Shown here: positions 27,958-36,890 of the stretch, piece after piece
Layout: the number at the start of each line of letters is the position of its first letter
Position numbering within the stretch: the stretch's first letter is position 1
Origin: a virus
Taxonomy: Duplodnaviria > Caudoviricetes
DNA: 64,000 bases
IMG/VR virus record: IMGVR_UViG_3300013121_000031
Coordinates: 1 to 64,000 of that record
Reading direction: 5' to 3' (one strand)
The notes under the pieces: model-generated
Database searches by the model: none
Seen by the model: only the letters and a program-made list of their open reading frames with translations
Told to the model about the DNA's origin: nothing
Program-made: the position numbers and the translations under genes

Positions 27958-28007
27958 AAGTTCTAATGACTTAATTGAATCATGGCTAAATTTAATTGTC
28001 AAATTAG

Positions 28008-28058
28008 TTGATTACTTATAGTTTTCTATTATAATAGTATTGTAGTTAAGGAGAACGA
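28008..28058 (+). promoter_or_regulatory. Conserved early promoter plus RBS
   Basis: TTGATTACTTATAGTTTTCTATTATAATAGTATTGTAGTTAAGGAGAACG. Confidence 0.75.
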
Positions 28059-28062
28059 CGCA

Positions 28063-28290
28063 ATGACCAAACCAGAATTACAAGAACTTACTTTAATGCT
28101 TGATAAAGCCGCAAAAATTAAAGTACATCCAAAAGATAGAAGTTCAAAACGAGCCATAGAAGAATTTGAAGCTCTAAGTTATGCACTAAAAACTAATCCT
28201 GATCTATATACCAGTTCCAGTATGCACAAAGTATTAGTAAGCACAAAAAACCAAGTAGCAAAAGTTTTAAAAGATGCCGAAATCTCATAG
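28063..28290 (+). CDS. Hypothetical early protein
   Basis: First ORF after the promoter. Confidence 0.6.
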   Translation: MTKPELQELTLMLDKAAKIKVHPKDRSSKRAIEEFEALSYALKTNPDLYTSSSMHKVLVSTKNQVAKVLKDAEIS

Positions 28291-28303
28291 GAGAACGACA
28301 CCA

Positions 28304-28462
28304 ATGATCTATTTAAAGAGTTTTGATGTTATGTGGGAAACACTCTATAAAATAGAAGGTCAAAAATTTAGTTCTTTTACTGGTTTGAGTGGAGCAACTA
28401 TTGTAATTAAAGGCACTTTTGTTTATAGAAGCTTAAAAGGAGAACATCAGTATGTCTACTAA
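28304..28462 (+). CDS. Hypothetical early protein
   Basis: TAGGAGAACG RBS. Confidence 0.5.
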   Translation: MIYLKSFDVMWETLYKIEGQKFSSFTGLSGATIVIKGTFVYRSLKGEHQYVY

Positions 28463-28697
28463 GAAAAAACCAATCACCGCAACCAAACTTGATTTGCAAA
28501 GCGCGGCTAGTGGAGACAATCAGTCACCACAATACTCATTTTGGTTAGTCAGCCCGAAAAATGGCAACCAACTTGAAATAGCCATCGGAGTATTTCCAAA
28601 TCAAGTTCCAGAACAGAACAAACAACACATTCAAGAGGCTTTTGACCATATGGTTGATTCAATTGGATTTGAATTGTCACGATTTGTGGTTAAGTAA
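28452..28697 (+). CDS. Hypothetical early protein
   Basis: AAGGAGAAC RBS. Confidence 0.55.
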   Translation: MSTKKKPITATKLDLQSAASGDNQSPQYSFWLVSPKNGNQLEIAIGVFPNQVPEQNKQHIQEAFDHMVDSIGFELSRFVVK

Positions 28698-28698
28698 A

Positions 28699-29199
28699 AT
28701 GGGAACTGACTGCACAATAAGAATAAAAGATCAAAAGGGTAAAGTTCTATGCCGTCTGTGGAGATTGTATGATGGCTACCCGCTTCATATTGGCAAAATC
28801 ATCGCTGAGTACTTAAAAGACAGTGAATTGGTCGAGGGTTTTGATAACAAAATGGATAACCCTAGATATTTTCACGGAATGGGGGATTTGGCAGCGAGTC
28901 TTATAAGTCACTTAAAAAATTGGAAAGATCCACGTTATGAGATCAAACATGATGAGGATGAGTACATTAAAACGTTCTATGCAGCAATGAATAGAACAAT
29001 CAGCAAAATACAAGTTGATCTACCAATAGATAAAGGTGGCGCTTGCTGGGATTACACCATATATGTCGGTGATAAAGGTCAAATTTGCCTTCTAGTCGAA
29101 GGGGGAGAGGTCGATTTCAATGATGACATCTCAAAATTTAACGCTGATGAGTTCGATAAAGCAAATTCTTATGATGAAGATGACGAAGATGATGAATGA
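28699..29199 (+). CDS. Conserved hypothetical phage protein
   Basis: MGT...YDGYP..G..GMGDLAASLI; acidic tail. Confidence 0.6.
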   Translation: MGTDCTIRIKDQKGKVLCRLWRLYDGYPLHIGKIIAEYLKDSELVEGFDNKMDNPRYFHGMGDLAASLISHLKNWKDPRYEIKHDEDEYIKTFYAAMNRTISKIQVDLPIDKGGACWDYTIYVGDKGQICLLVEGGEVDFNDDISKFNADEFDKANSYDEDDEDDE

Positions 29200-29319
29200 A
29201 AATCAAAATACAAAGCATAAATGGAAATTACTTGGAACTGACGTTTTTCCATTCTTATACCACTGCAATTTTTGCGGGTTTTTGACTACTTCACCCTTTG
29301 TCAGTAAGTGCGAAGCAAG

Positions 29320-30105
29320 TTATTCTCTAGGATCACCCTCTAAGAAGGCTCCAAAGGCGTCAAAAACTGCTTCCGATGTTTTAGGACCGGCAACCCCATC
29401 CTCTAACAGTTTTACAGTCAAAAACTGATTTAAAAATCGCTGCAAAGCCAAAATTTCATCACTTTTGTTCTTTGGATCATATTTGAAAGTTGTAGAATGC
29501 ATTTTGCCCTCTTGAATTAATAACTCATGTAAAAGAACAGCCGAACCGACTTGCTGGGATACTGCATCTTTGTCAAAAACATGGTCTCTAATATACTTCC
29601 CTTTGGTATAGTGCTGTGAACATGACCAAAGATATGGAGAATTTACGCCATATTGCCTATACCCATACCCATTGAATGACTCAAGCCTGAAAAGCATCAT
29701 TGGTATTGACCAATCTTGTTGATTAATCAGTCCTTTGAGTGCAAGTGCATCTAATGCAGACTCTTCCCATGTATATAATTTGCCATCTTTTGGCGGAGCA
29801 AGAGGTCTCCCCTTTGGAACCCTAACAGTCCTAGCGAATTTCATTTGTTTGGTCTTTTTATCAAGCACATTCAAAGGGTCACCATTATGTAAATGCCCTT
29901 TGAATGCAAAACTGGTTTCTTCCAAAGCTTGAATCAACCCAATAAAGTACCAAGGAACCCCAGTTTTTTGAGAAATGGCTGAATATTTGGACCGATTTTG
30001 TCTAATTTTTGAAACAAGCTCAACTACGGTTGCCGCTTTCTTAGTTATTCGACAACTTTTGAACAATTTTTCGTATTGTTGTTTGACTTCTGGGGTGTAC
30101 TTCAT
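29320..30105 (-). CDS. Endolysin (lysozyme-family, COG5526-like) with C-terminal PG-binding motif
   Basis: HLHNGDPL, VPKGRP, TWEESA, ESFNGYGY, SPYLWS; LQRFLN..EDGVAGPKT. Confidence 0.85.
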   Translation of the reverse strand: MKYTPEVKQQYEKLFKSCRITKKAATVVELVSKIRQNRSKYSAISQKTGVPWYFIGLIQALEETSFAFKGHLHNGDPLNVLDKKTKQMKFARTVRVPKGRPLAPPKDGKLYTWEESALDALALKGLINQQDWSIPMMLFRLESFNGYGYRQYGVNSPYLWSCSQHYTKGKYIRDHVFDKDAVSQQVGSAVLLHELLIQEGKMHSTTFKYDPKNKSDEILALQRFLNQFLTVKLLEDGVAGPKTSEAVFDAFGAFLEGDPRE

Positions 30106-30479
30106 GGCAATAGAAGGTCAACAGTGATTGGAGATCCACTTCCATTGGTGATGCGTAGAGCTGTCAATGGAGTTGTGATCGTGACTCGGTTAGTTGATAT
30201 AGTGATTGCACGCCATACAGGGGTTTCAATGTTTTCATCTGGATCATCAAGCAATGAGTTTTGAATTGACTCAAAACTATTAATAGTGCCTTCTAATGTG
30301 ATGCTTGAAGTTGCACTGAAATCAAGTGTGATTGTGCGAGGATTTGGAGAATATGACAAATAAAAAACTTGTCTATCAGCAGCAGCCAAAGCCATGCGCT
30401 GGCAGTTCCATTTATAATACGAAGCTTGACTTGATTTGGTTGAGGGTGGCGGGTTGAATGCTGGTAAATCTGTGGTCAT
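30102..30479 (-). CDS. Hypothetical (virion?) protein
   Basis: ATGA-coupled beta-rich ORF. Confidence 0.55.
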   Translation of the reverse strand: MTTDLPAFNPPPSTKSSQASYYKWNCQRMALAAADRQVFYLSYSPNPRTITLDFSATSSITLEGTINSFESIQNSLLDDPDENIETPVWRAITISTNRVTITTPLTALRITNGSGSPITVDLLLP

Positions 30480-30760
30480 TTCATTTCCTCTAGTTGAAGG
30501 ACTGTCATTTGAGAGATGTAGTCTGGTTTTGAGCTAAGAAACTCTTTTATAACTTCACTATGCTTAGGTTTTACCCCTCGCATTTTTAATTCCATGAATT
30601 CCTCAGAGATTTCCTTTCCTAATTTTAGCTCAATCAAAGCTCTTAAGTCATTTACTGATACTGGGTATTCTGCTGATTCGGGGGTCAGATACAGATTGGC
30701 AGCAATTTCTTCATTAAGCTGTTTCTTCTTAGTGAATAATGCTTTCCAATCTACTTTCAT
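30476..30760 (-). CDS. Hypothetical protein
   Basis: ATGA-coupled ORF. Confidence 0.55.
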   Translation of the reverse strand: MKVDWKALFTKKKQLNEEIAANLYLTPESAEYPVSVNDLRALIELKLGKEISEEFMELKMRGVKPKHSEVIKEFLSSKPDYISQMTVLQLEEMK

Positions 30761-31509
30761 GTTAACAAATCACCTATCAAAGCTCTTACTCTTGGATGAC
30801 TCAAATACCCTTCCCCCGAATGTGCTGCCGTAGGAGTGTATCCTGGCTTGTTATCTGGGTTTCTAATTATATTATCTAACACGCCTTGACCGTATTGGTC
30901 TTTGTAAGATTTCTCAAGTGCTTGATTTAATGATACTGGGTCTTCTGGGTCAAAGAAATTGTGCCAATTTTTGACTGTTGGAGGAATCACTAATTTTTGA
31001 AGCTTATGAATTAACCTTTGATGAGCTTTCACAAACTCTAACCCAAGAGGACTGCCTAGAGTTATGAATGCTTCAACTTCATGATTAGCTGACATTAAGG
31101 CATCGTAAGCAATGCAAGTTCCAAGTGAGTGAGCAAGGACAATTCTTGGTTTATGAAAATCGAGAAGTTCAGTCATTCTAGAACGCATTAGGGACTGACG
31201 TTGTTTATCATAAAAATATGTGTAAACATCATGGATTACATACTCAGTAAAGGCTTGCATGGCTGTATCCTGAGCCTTATCAACCAATTCTTGCATAACG
31301 CCTGGGTGTATAGTCATTTTCACATCACGCAAATCGGCATAATAAGCCATATCTGTTAGCGGTGATGGAGCTATTTCTGGATTTTTATGTCCATCAAACA
31401 AGCAATAATCCCATAAGTATTTCAATTCTTGTTTAGGCGGTTTGAAGCCCATCCCATGGATATAGACTAACTCAGCCTTAGTTATTTCAGGGGTGGGCTC
31501 AACCATCAT
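30757..31509 (-). CDS. Alpha/beta hydrolase
   Basis: YIHG, AHSLG, TLGSPLG, DPEDPV, AHS..YL. Confidence 0.85.
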   Translation of the reverse strand: MMVEPTPEITKAELVYIHGMGFKPPKQELKYLWDYCLFDGHKNPEIAPSPLTDMAYYADLRDVKMTIHPGVMQELVDKAQDTAMQAFTEYVIHDVYTYFYDKQRQSLMRSRMTELLDFHKPRIVLAHSLGTCIAYDALMSANHEVEAFITLGSPLGLEFVKAHQRLIHKLQKLVIPPTVKNWHNFFDPEDPVSLNQALEKSYKDQYGQGVLDNIIRNPDNKPGYTPTAAHSGEGYLSHPRVRALIGDLLT

Positions 31510-31521
31510 TGTATAAAGCTC

Positions 31522-31878
31522 CTAATCGGGAAGTTTATCTATATATGGGCAAACTGCTCGACCAACTTTACAGATTGTTTTTGCCACTTTGACGATGACA
31601 TGATAATAATCTGCTGCATTGGCTTTCAAAGCACCGGGGTTATCGAAGAAAAGCTCAACATGTCTCTTTGATACTTTTGCTTTGTATTTAAAAATCCCAA
31701 AAATATCCATTCTAATTACAGGAACATTTTGGCAATACAAGTACAACGCATCGATAACCTCTAATTGCTGTTCATGACTTAGTTTTTTGAAAACTAAGTC
31801 TCTAAGAACCACGCATTCTTTAAATGAGAACTCTTCTTCATGATCACACATTAGACTTCCATATCCTCCACGGCCCAA
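31522..31878 (-). CDS. Hypothetical protein
   Basis: ORF in operon; start probably ATG 31851. Confidence 0.5.
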   Translation of the reverse strand: MGRGGYGSLMCDHEEEFSFKECVVLRDLVFKKLSHEQQLEVIDALYLYCQNVPVIRMDIFGIFKYKAKVSKRHVELFFDNPGALKANAADYYHVIVKVAKTICKVGRAVCPYIDKLPD

Positions 31879-32693
31879 AAGTCAGCAGCCAAGTCAGCAT
31901 TGGTTAGATATTCCATTGGGATATATCCATAACCTTTGTCTCCCCAAGCTGTTGACCATGAATTCCTAAAGATCACATAATCCTTATCTCCCTCAACAGC
32001 CATACCAGGAAGTTTTTTGGTGTACCCAACCATTAGAAGAGCATGTCCACCTAACATTTTTTCTTTTTTGTTAGGCATAGGAATTACCCCGGTGCGACTG
32101 ACCTCAGCAGTTTCCATTGATTCATACACTGCAATACCAAAAATAATTGGAATATTGCTTGCCAAAATTTGTTTGATAGTTAACGCATCTAATGGCACCG
32201 CACGATAATTGATTGATTGATGAGTCAAGGCATTTTTGTAACAAGCTCTTTTTGGCTTCATACGAAACTTCAATTGATTGTCAGAATAAGGCCACCAATA
32301 AGATTGACTGCTTTTATTTGGTTCAGCTTCAGGGCAAATACCTAGTTTGTTCAATACTTTTAAACCGGTACGTAAAGTCGCTCCAGAATCAATCCAAATG
32401 GTTCCTTCCTCTACTCTCTCATTGTAATAAAGAAAGAGTCTTGAGGGGGTAAATGGGGGCACTGATGGTTGTTTCATGTATAGATACTCAACTGCTGCAC
32501 CAATAGCATTAGCAGTACATGACCCAAGTTGACCTTGGTCATAAATAGGAGGCATGCCAGAACGTAAATCAACACTAGGAGGCAAAGTTGCTGGGTCGAT
32601 TACAGAACGTTTGAATTTAAAATCACGAAAGTCTGGTTTTTGTTTTTTCCAACCGTATGAATATCGTGTTTTTTTCTTTGACATGTTTCTCAC
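31851..32693 (-). CDS. Papain-like C1 cysteine peptidase
   Basis: DQGQLGSCTANA, PSRLFLYY, GGHA..VGY, RNSW..WGDKGY. Confidence 0.92.
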   Translation of the reverse strand: MRNMSKKKTRYSYGWKKQKPDFRDFKFKRSVIDPATLPPSVDLRSGMPPIYDQGQLGSCTANAIGAAVEYLYMKQPSVPPFTPSRLFLYYNERVEEGTIWIDSGATLRTGLKVLNKLGICPEAEPNKSSQSYWWPYSDNQLKFRMKPKRACYKNALTHQSINYRAVPLDALTIKQILASNIPIIFGIAVYESMETAEVSRTGVIPMPNKKEKMLGGHALLMVGYTKKLPGMAVEGDKDYVIFRNSWSTAWGDKGYGYIPMEYLTNADLAADFWAVEDMEV

Positions 32694-32729
32694 CCTTACC
32701 TTCCTTGAAAACCTTAATATATCTTACCT

Positions 32730-32885
32730 TTATTTGTCATCTGATGATTCTTTATCAATCAATGATTTAATCTCATTCTTCAAATTTTCATCCTTTTCAT
32801 GAATTCCACATGATGCGATTTTAATTCTTAAAGTCTGTGATCGACCTAATCTCCAGATTGGAAAATCTTGTCTTGATGTAGTCAT
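32730..32885 (-). CDS. 51-aa paralog of 19826-20074 (not in ORF track)
   Basis: MTTSRQDFPIWRLGRSQTLRIKIASCG...; AAGGGGG SD. Confidence 0.55.
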   Translation of the reverse strand: MTTSRQDFPIWRLGRSQTLRIKIASCGIHEKDENLKNEIKSLIDKESSDDK

Positions 32886-32904
32886 TTAAAATCCCCCTTA
32901 TAAA

Positions 32905-32991
32905 TGGCGGAGAGAATTGGAGTCGAACCAACATCTTTCGATGGTATAGAAGCTTAGCAAGCCCCCTCAGCACCACTGCTGACTACTCTCC
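32905..32991 (-). tRNA. tRNA-Ser(GCT), 8/4-type fold, copy 2
   Basis: 81/87 nt identical to 19718-19804. Confidence 0.85.
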
Positions 32992-33653
32992 TAACGGGTG
33001 ATAGAGCAGATTCGAAATGACTGTCTTATTACGACCGTCAACGCTCCAACCAGTGCGAGCATTCCAGATTGAAAAATAAGAGTTTCGATACCAAAATAAT
33101 GACGAGCTATTATCTCTAAAATAACCAAGAGAACGATTAAGATAAGAATAGCCATTGAGATTCTCTCAATTAACTTAAGTTTTCTTCCTTGAACTTCAAT
33201 TCTCCATTGCAGAGCTTTTGATTCCATCTCCAATTGCTCATTATTAGACTGTACTTTCTTAATTTCTTCATGCTTTTCAATTAATTGAGAAGCCCTATAT
33301 GAAGCTGTATGCACAGTAGTACTAAACTCAGCGGAGTGGTTTACTGATGATTTTGGAATGATGGAGACCCCAACCAATTCCTTAGTAATTTTTGTGACAT
33401 TATTAATTTCATCATCAGTCAAAATAGTTATTGGAATGGTTTGATTAAAATTGCGAATAGCGGTAAATATTTGGTCTATTTCTTTTTTATTTTTATCAGA
33501 AACATCGACCAAAACGTAATCATATTGACCTTGTGTAAGGGCTTTTAACCCACTTCTCAAGGTTGTAACTGGAGTTATGTGATCTAAAGGCAGTTTTAAT
33601 TGAATTTTGTCGGCAACACTATGGTCATCTTCAATTAAAAGGATTTTTGCCAT
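32991..33653 (-). CDS. Receiver domain + coiled coil + 2 TM helices
   Basis: KILLIEDD, YDYVLVD, PITILT; two C-terminal hydrophobic helices. Confidence 0.75.
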   Translation of the reverse strand: MAKILLIEDDHSVADKIQLKLPLDHITPVTTLRSGLKALTQGQYDYVLVDVSDKNKKEIDQIFTAIRNFNQTIPITILTDDEINNVTKITKELVGVSIIPKSSVNHSAEFSTTVHTASYRASQLIEKHEEIKKVQSNNEQLEMESKALQWRIEVQGRKLKLIERISMAILILIVLLVILEIIARHYFGIETLIFQSGMLALVGALTVVIRQSFRICSITR

Positions 33654-33750
33654 GACTAGAGAGACTCCACAATAAGGCAACCAAACTGCCTAGAAGGACG
33701 TATAAACATCCAACAATAGCTCTAAAAAATTCTACAAAAGCATCTCCCAT
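33631..33750 (-). CDS. 39-aa single-TM peptide (not in ORF track)
   Basis: GGAG SD; MGDAFVEFFRAIVGCLYVLLGSLVALLWSLSSHGKNPFN. Confidence 0.5.
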   Translation of the reverse strand: MGDAFVEFFRAIVGCLYVLLGSLVALLWSLSSHGKNPFN

Positions 33751-33786
33751 AATCGTCTCCAGTCTTTTGTATTACCCCCTATTATG

Positions 33787-34290
33787 TCACACTAAAGCAA
33801 CAATTGGGATATTATAAGTTACCGCATGTTGCTCTACCATATCAATTATAAGCTGAGCTATCTCAGATCCCAGTTGTGCTATTAATCCTAGTTTCATATC
33901 AGCCCAAGTCATTTGTAATACTTCCGGTTGATAAAGATTTTCAATCATAGCTCCTTTGCTCATTGCTAAATTAGGGCGAATGGCTCTCAAACTATTTGGA
34001 GGATTTTGTTGATCACCTTCAACTCCCCAAATTGGATCGTTAAATAGTGCGGTATAAAATCCTAGAATATCGGGAGTGTTGGGATCGGGAGTTGGTGTTT
34101 CAATGGTTGGTGGATCATAAACTAATAGACCATTTTCCAATTTGTAATTATTTGGATTTGGATCATTTTCAAAAATCACAAATTCTAAAACAATAGAGTC
34201 CAGGAGAATATTTTCACCAGGTACGGGGGCAGTGCCGTTCCAGATCTCAGAAGATTTATTTTCATTCGCTCTAAAAACTATCCAGGACAT
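33787..34290 (-). CDS. Putative tail fibre assembly protein
   Basis: Directly downstream of the fibre gene; YKLENGLLVYDPP. Confidence 0.5.
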   Translation of the reverse strand: MSWIVFRANENKSSEIWNGTAPVPGENILLDSIVLEFVIFENDPNPNNYKLENGLLVYDPPTIETPTPDPNTPDILGFYTALFNDPIWGVEGDQQNPPNSLRAIRPNLAMSKGAMIENLYQPEVLQMTWADMKLGLIAQLGSEIAQLIIDMVEQHAVTYNIPIVALV

Positions 34291-34299
34291 GGTTTCTCC

Positions 34300-36639
34300 T
34301 TAGAAATACCTTACAGCACCTTCTTGAATGATCACTGACTGTCCACTACTGCCAGCAGTGGGGGCCAATGTTGTGGAACCTGTCGCACCCACACTTCCAC
34401 CCGTTGTAGTGATAGTACCGTTATTAGTGACAGTCGGAGCATGAAGTATGACCCAACCGCCACCGCCACCAGGTCCGGCACCGCAACTAACCGATGAAGC
34501 GCTAGCACCATTTCCAGCGGCAACGGAAATGGTTTTGCCACTATTAATGGTTATATATTCACCAGCCGATGCAATTAACCCACCTCCAGAACCTCCAGCT
34601 CCCCCTGGTCCATAATTGCCCCCCGAACCAGCAGTACCATTTTGTCCAGTGGCTGTCCAATTAGCATTGAATACAATTCCTTTTCTTGCTTCCAGATAAC
34701 AGCAATTGCCACCATTACCTCCAGCACCAGCTATGTCACTCGTACCCTCGCCGCTACCTGATGCACCGCCACTTGAGGCAAAAAATTGACGAATATCATA
34801 AGCTCGACCACCATACCCACCGGCTTGATATCCACCGCCGCCGTTTCCACCATTTCCTCCAAATCCACCACCGCCACCGCTTTGACGATAAGGATACAGC
34901 ATGGGTGAACTGCCCCCACCTGGGCCTCTGCCCATTTCGTATCTAAAATATCCACCAGCCCCGGTCGCACATTGTCCACCATTATTTGGGCGAGTCAATG
35001 TCGGATCATGATTAATTGTAATCACATCATTGCAATAAATACGAGTTCCATCAGCAATGGTCCAAGCACCAGTTGTGGTCAAAGGACCGTTGTGATAATA
35101 AACACCACTAATACTACCTGAAGTGGGGCATTGCCTTGATCCATTTCCGCCAATCAAATTGTAATGATTAGAATGAGTAATTTCTATCCAATTAGAGCCA
35201 TCTGAAACAAACTTTCTTGTTTGCCAAATTGTCGTCATTGTAATGGTAAGAGAGCCATTAAGCGTCTCTGACGAATTACCATCTAAAGTGATGGCATTTG
35301 CATCACTTGTGACTTTTACGAACTCAACCCACTCTTCAGTATGCCCAGCAGCAGTTGGAAAAGTTACAGTATAAGCACCTCCGCTAGTGTCACACTTATA
35401 AATGGTATTGTAAGTGGCGGTAAATGTTGTGGTTTTACTTTGAACACTCGGAGTAGTGCCGCTTGGAGCGTATCCAAATCTGGCCACCTCATGATATTCA
35501 GTGCCAACCTGGGCATACAGGACTGCTCTGTCGACCCCCAAAATAATATCTGAAGCATCTAAATGGATTAGTTTGCCATCACCGCTTTGATTGTGCTTCA
35601 GTGTTATTACATGACCAGCATCTTTACCTTGTACCAGCAATAACTTCACATTATTGGTGGTGACCAATCTATTACAATCTTGCGTTCCGGCACCACCATT
35701 AGTATCTAACGTGATATTACCTTTTGTTGGAGTGGCTATATTACTTCCATTCAAAGTCAATGCTTCGATGTCCGCACCCCCCAATACCTTGGCTAAATTG
35801 CTTTGTAACGTTGTAATATCGGATTGGGCGGTATCGATATCACTTTCAGCGGTATCAAGTCTAGTATCTAATCCAGAAATATCACTTGTATTATCACTGA
35901 CTGTGGTGGCTAAAGTATCAAATGTATCTTTTCTAACTGGATTTCCATTGGCTGAAGCAACTGGTACTACAATTTTGCCGTTAGAATCGGCTCGCACCAA
36001 TTTGTTTGCTGAAATAGTTGCTACGGCTGCATTTAAATCATCTTGAGCTGTAGTTATTTGAGTTTGTAAGCTTGACTCAACGTCATTTAATTGCCCTAAA
36101 TTGACTGCATCTTCTTCAGCAGTTGCATCAGCAACTTCTAAATTGCCATTGCTGTCGTATTTAGCAAGTCTGCTTGGGGTCGCAACAGAATTAGCTAAAC
36201 CAATAGTGTTAGATAATGAGCTTATTGACGAGGCATTAGCTGTTATTTGCGTTTGAAGATTGTTTTTGTCAGTTTGGTGAACAGTCAAAAGAGTAAAAGC
36301 ATTTGCAACTGAATAAGGAGTACATGCTTTATTAGGATCTGTTCCTGTAGCGACCTCAGAAGGTGTTGCTAAAACAACAATACCTGGGGAATCAGTAGTT
36401 GCTTCATTGATTGAGAAATAAATAGGGGACCATTCAGTGGTTTCAGCATCACCAGCAGTTTTACAGATGAATAGTGACTCTGTAGGCGGATAATAATAAT
36501 AAATTCCTGGAAAAGCACACGCGATCACACCATTTGGGTTCGATACTTCCTCATTGACAATTGTTAAATGATTATCAATTAGAGTTAGAATATCTTCCCA
36601 TACGCTGTCATCGTCAATATCTAAAACCTGAAAGGGCAT
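34300..36639 (-). CDS. Tail fibre protein with glycine-rich C-terminal domain
   Basis: ATTDSPGIVVLAT, DAVNLGQL, coiled coil, GGGGG repeats. Confidence 0.85.
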   Translation of the reverse strand: MPFQVLDIDDDSVWEDILTLIDNHLTIVNEEVSNPNGVIACAFPGIYYYYPPTESLFICKTAGDAETTEWSPIYFSINEATTDSPGIVVLATPSEVATGTDPNKACTPYSVANAFTLLTVHQTDKNNLQTQITANASSISSLSNTIGLANSVATPSRLAKYDSNGNLEVADATAEEDAVNLGQLNDVESSLQTQITTAQDDLNAAVATISANKLVRADSNGKIVVPVASANGNPVRKDTFDTLATTVSDNTSDISGLDTRLDTAESDIDTAQSDITTLQSNLAKVLGGADIEALTLNGSNIATPTKGNITLDTNGGAGTQDCNRLVTTNNVKLLLVQGKDAGHVITLKHNQSGDGKLIHLDASDIILGVDRAVLYAQVGTEYHEVARFGYAPSGTTPSVQSKTTTFTATYNTIYKCDTSGGAYTVTFPTAAGHTEEWVEFVKVTSDANAITLDGNSSETLNGSLTITMTTIWQTRKFVSDGSNWIEITHSNHYNLIGGNGSRQCPTSGSISGVYYHNGPLTTTGAWTIADGTRIYCNDVITINHDPTLTRPNNGGQCATGAGGYFRYEMGRGPGGGSSPMLYPYRQSGGGGGFGGNGGNGGGGYQAGGYGGRAYDIRQFFASSGGASGSGEGTSDIAGAGGNGGNCCYLEARKGIVFNANWTATGQNGTAGSGGNYGPGGAGGSGGGLIASAGEYITINSGKTISVAAGNGASASSVSCGAGPGGGGGWVILHAPTVTNNGTITTTGGSVGATGSTTLAPTAGSSGQSVIIQEGAVRYF

Positions 36640-36890
36640 TATGCTTTATCCTTTTGTTTTGGTTGTGTAAGCTTCAAGTGTTTATTCACTAACGCTAACT
36701 TCTCATCAAGCTCTTTATGCTTTTCAAGCAAATCTTCTTTAGTTTTTAGCAAATCCTTTTGCAATTTGCGTACTGAGGGCGAAGTTGCAACAAACCAACC
36801 AGTTTTAGGACACATTCTAAAACCGGGCATAGCAATTTGCTTTGCAGCACGTTTGAAAAGTTCCGTTTTTTGTTTCTGTTCGTCGCTCAT
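36639..36890 (-). CDS. Hypothetical coiled-coil protein
   Basis: Coupled ORF. Confidence 0.55.
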   Translation of the reverse strand: MSDEQKQKTELFKRAAKQIAMPGFRMCPKTGWFVATSPSVRKLQKDLLKTKEDLLEKHKELDEKLALVNKHLKLTQPKQKDKA

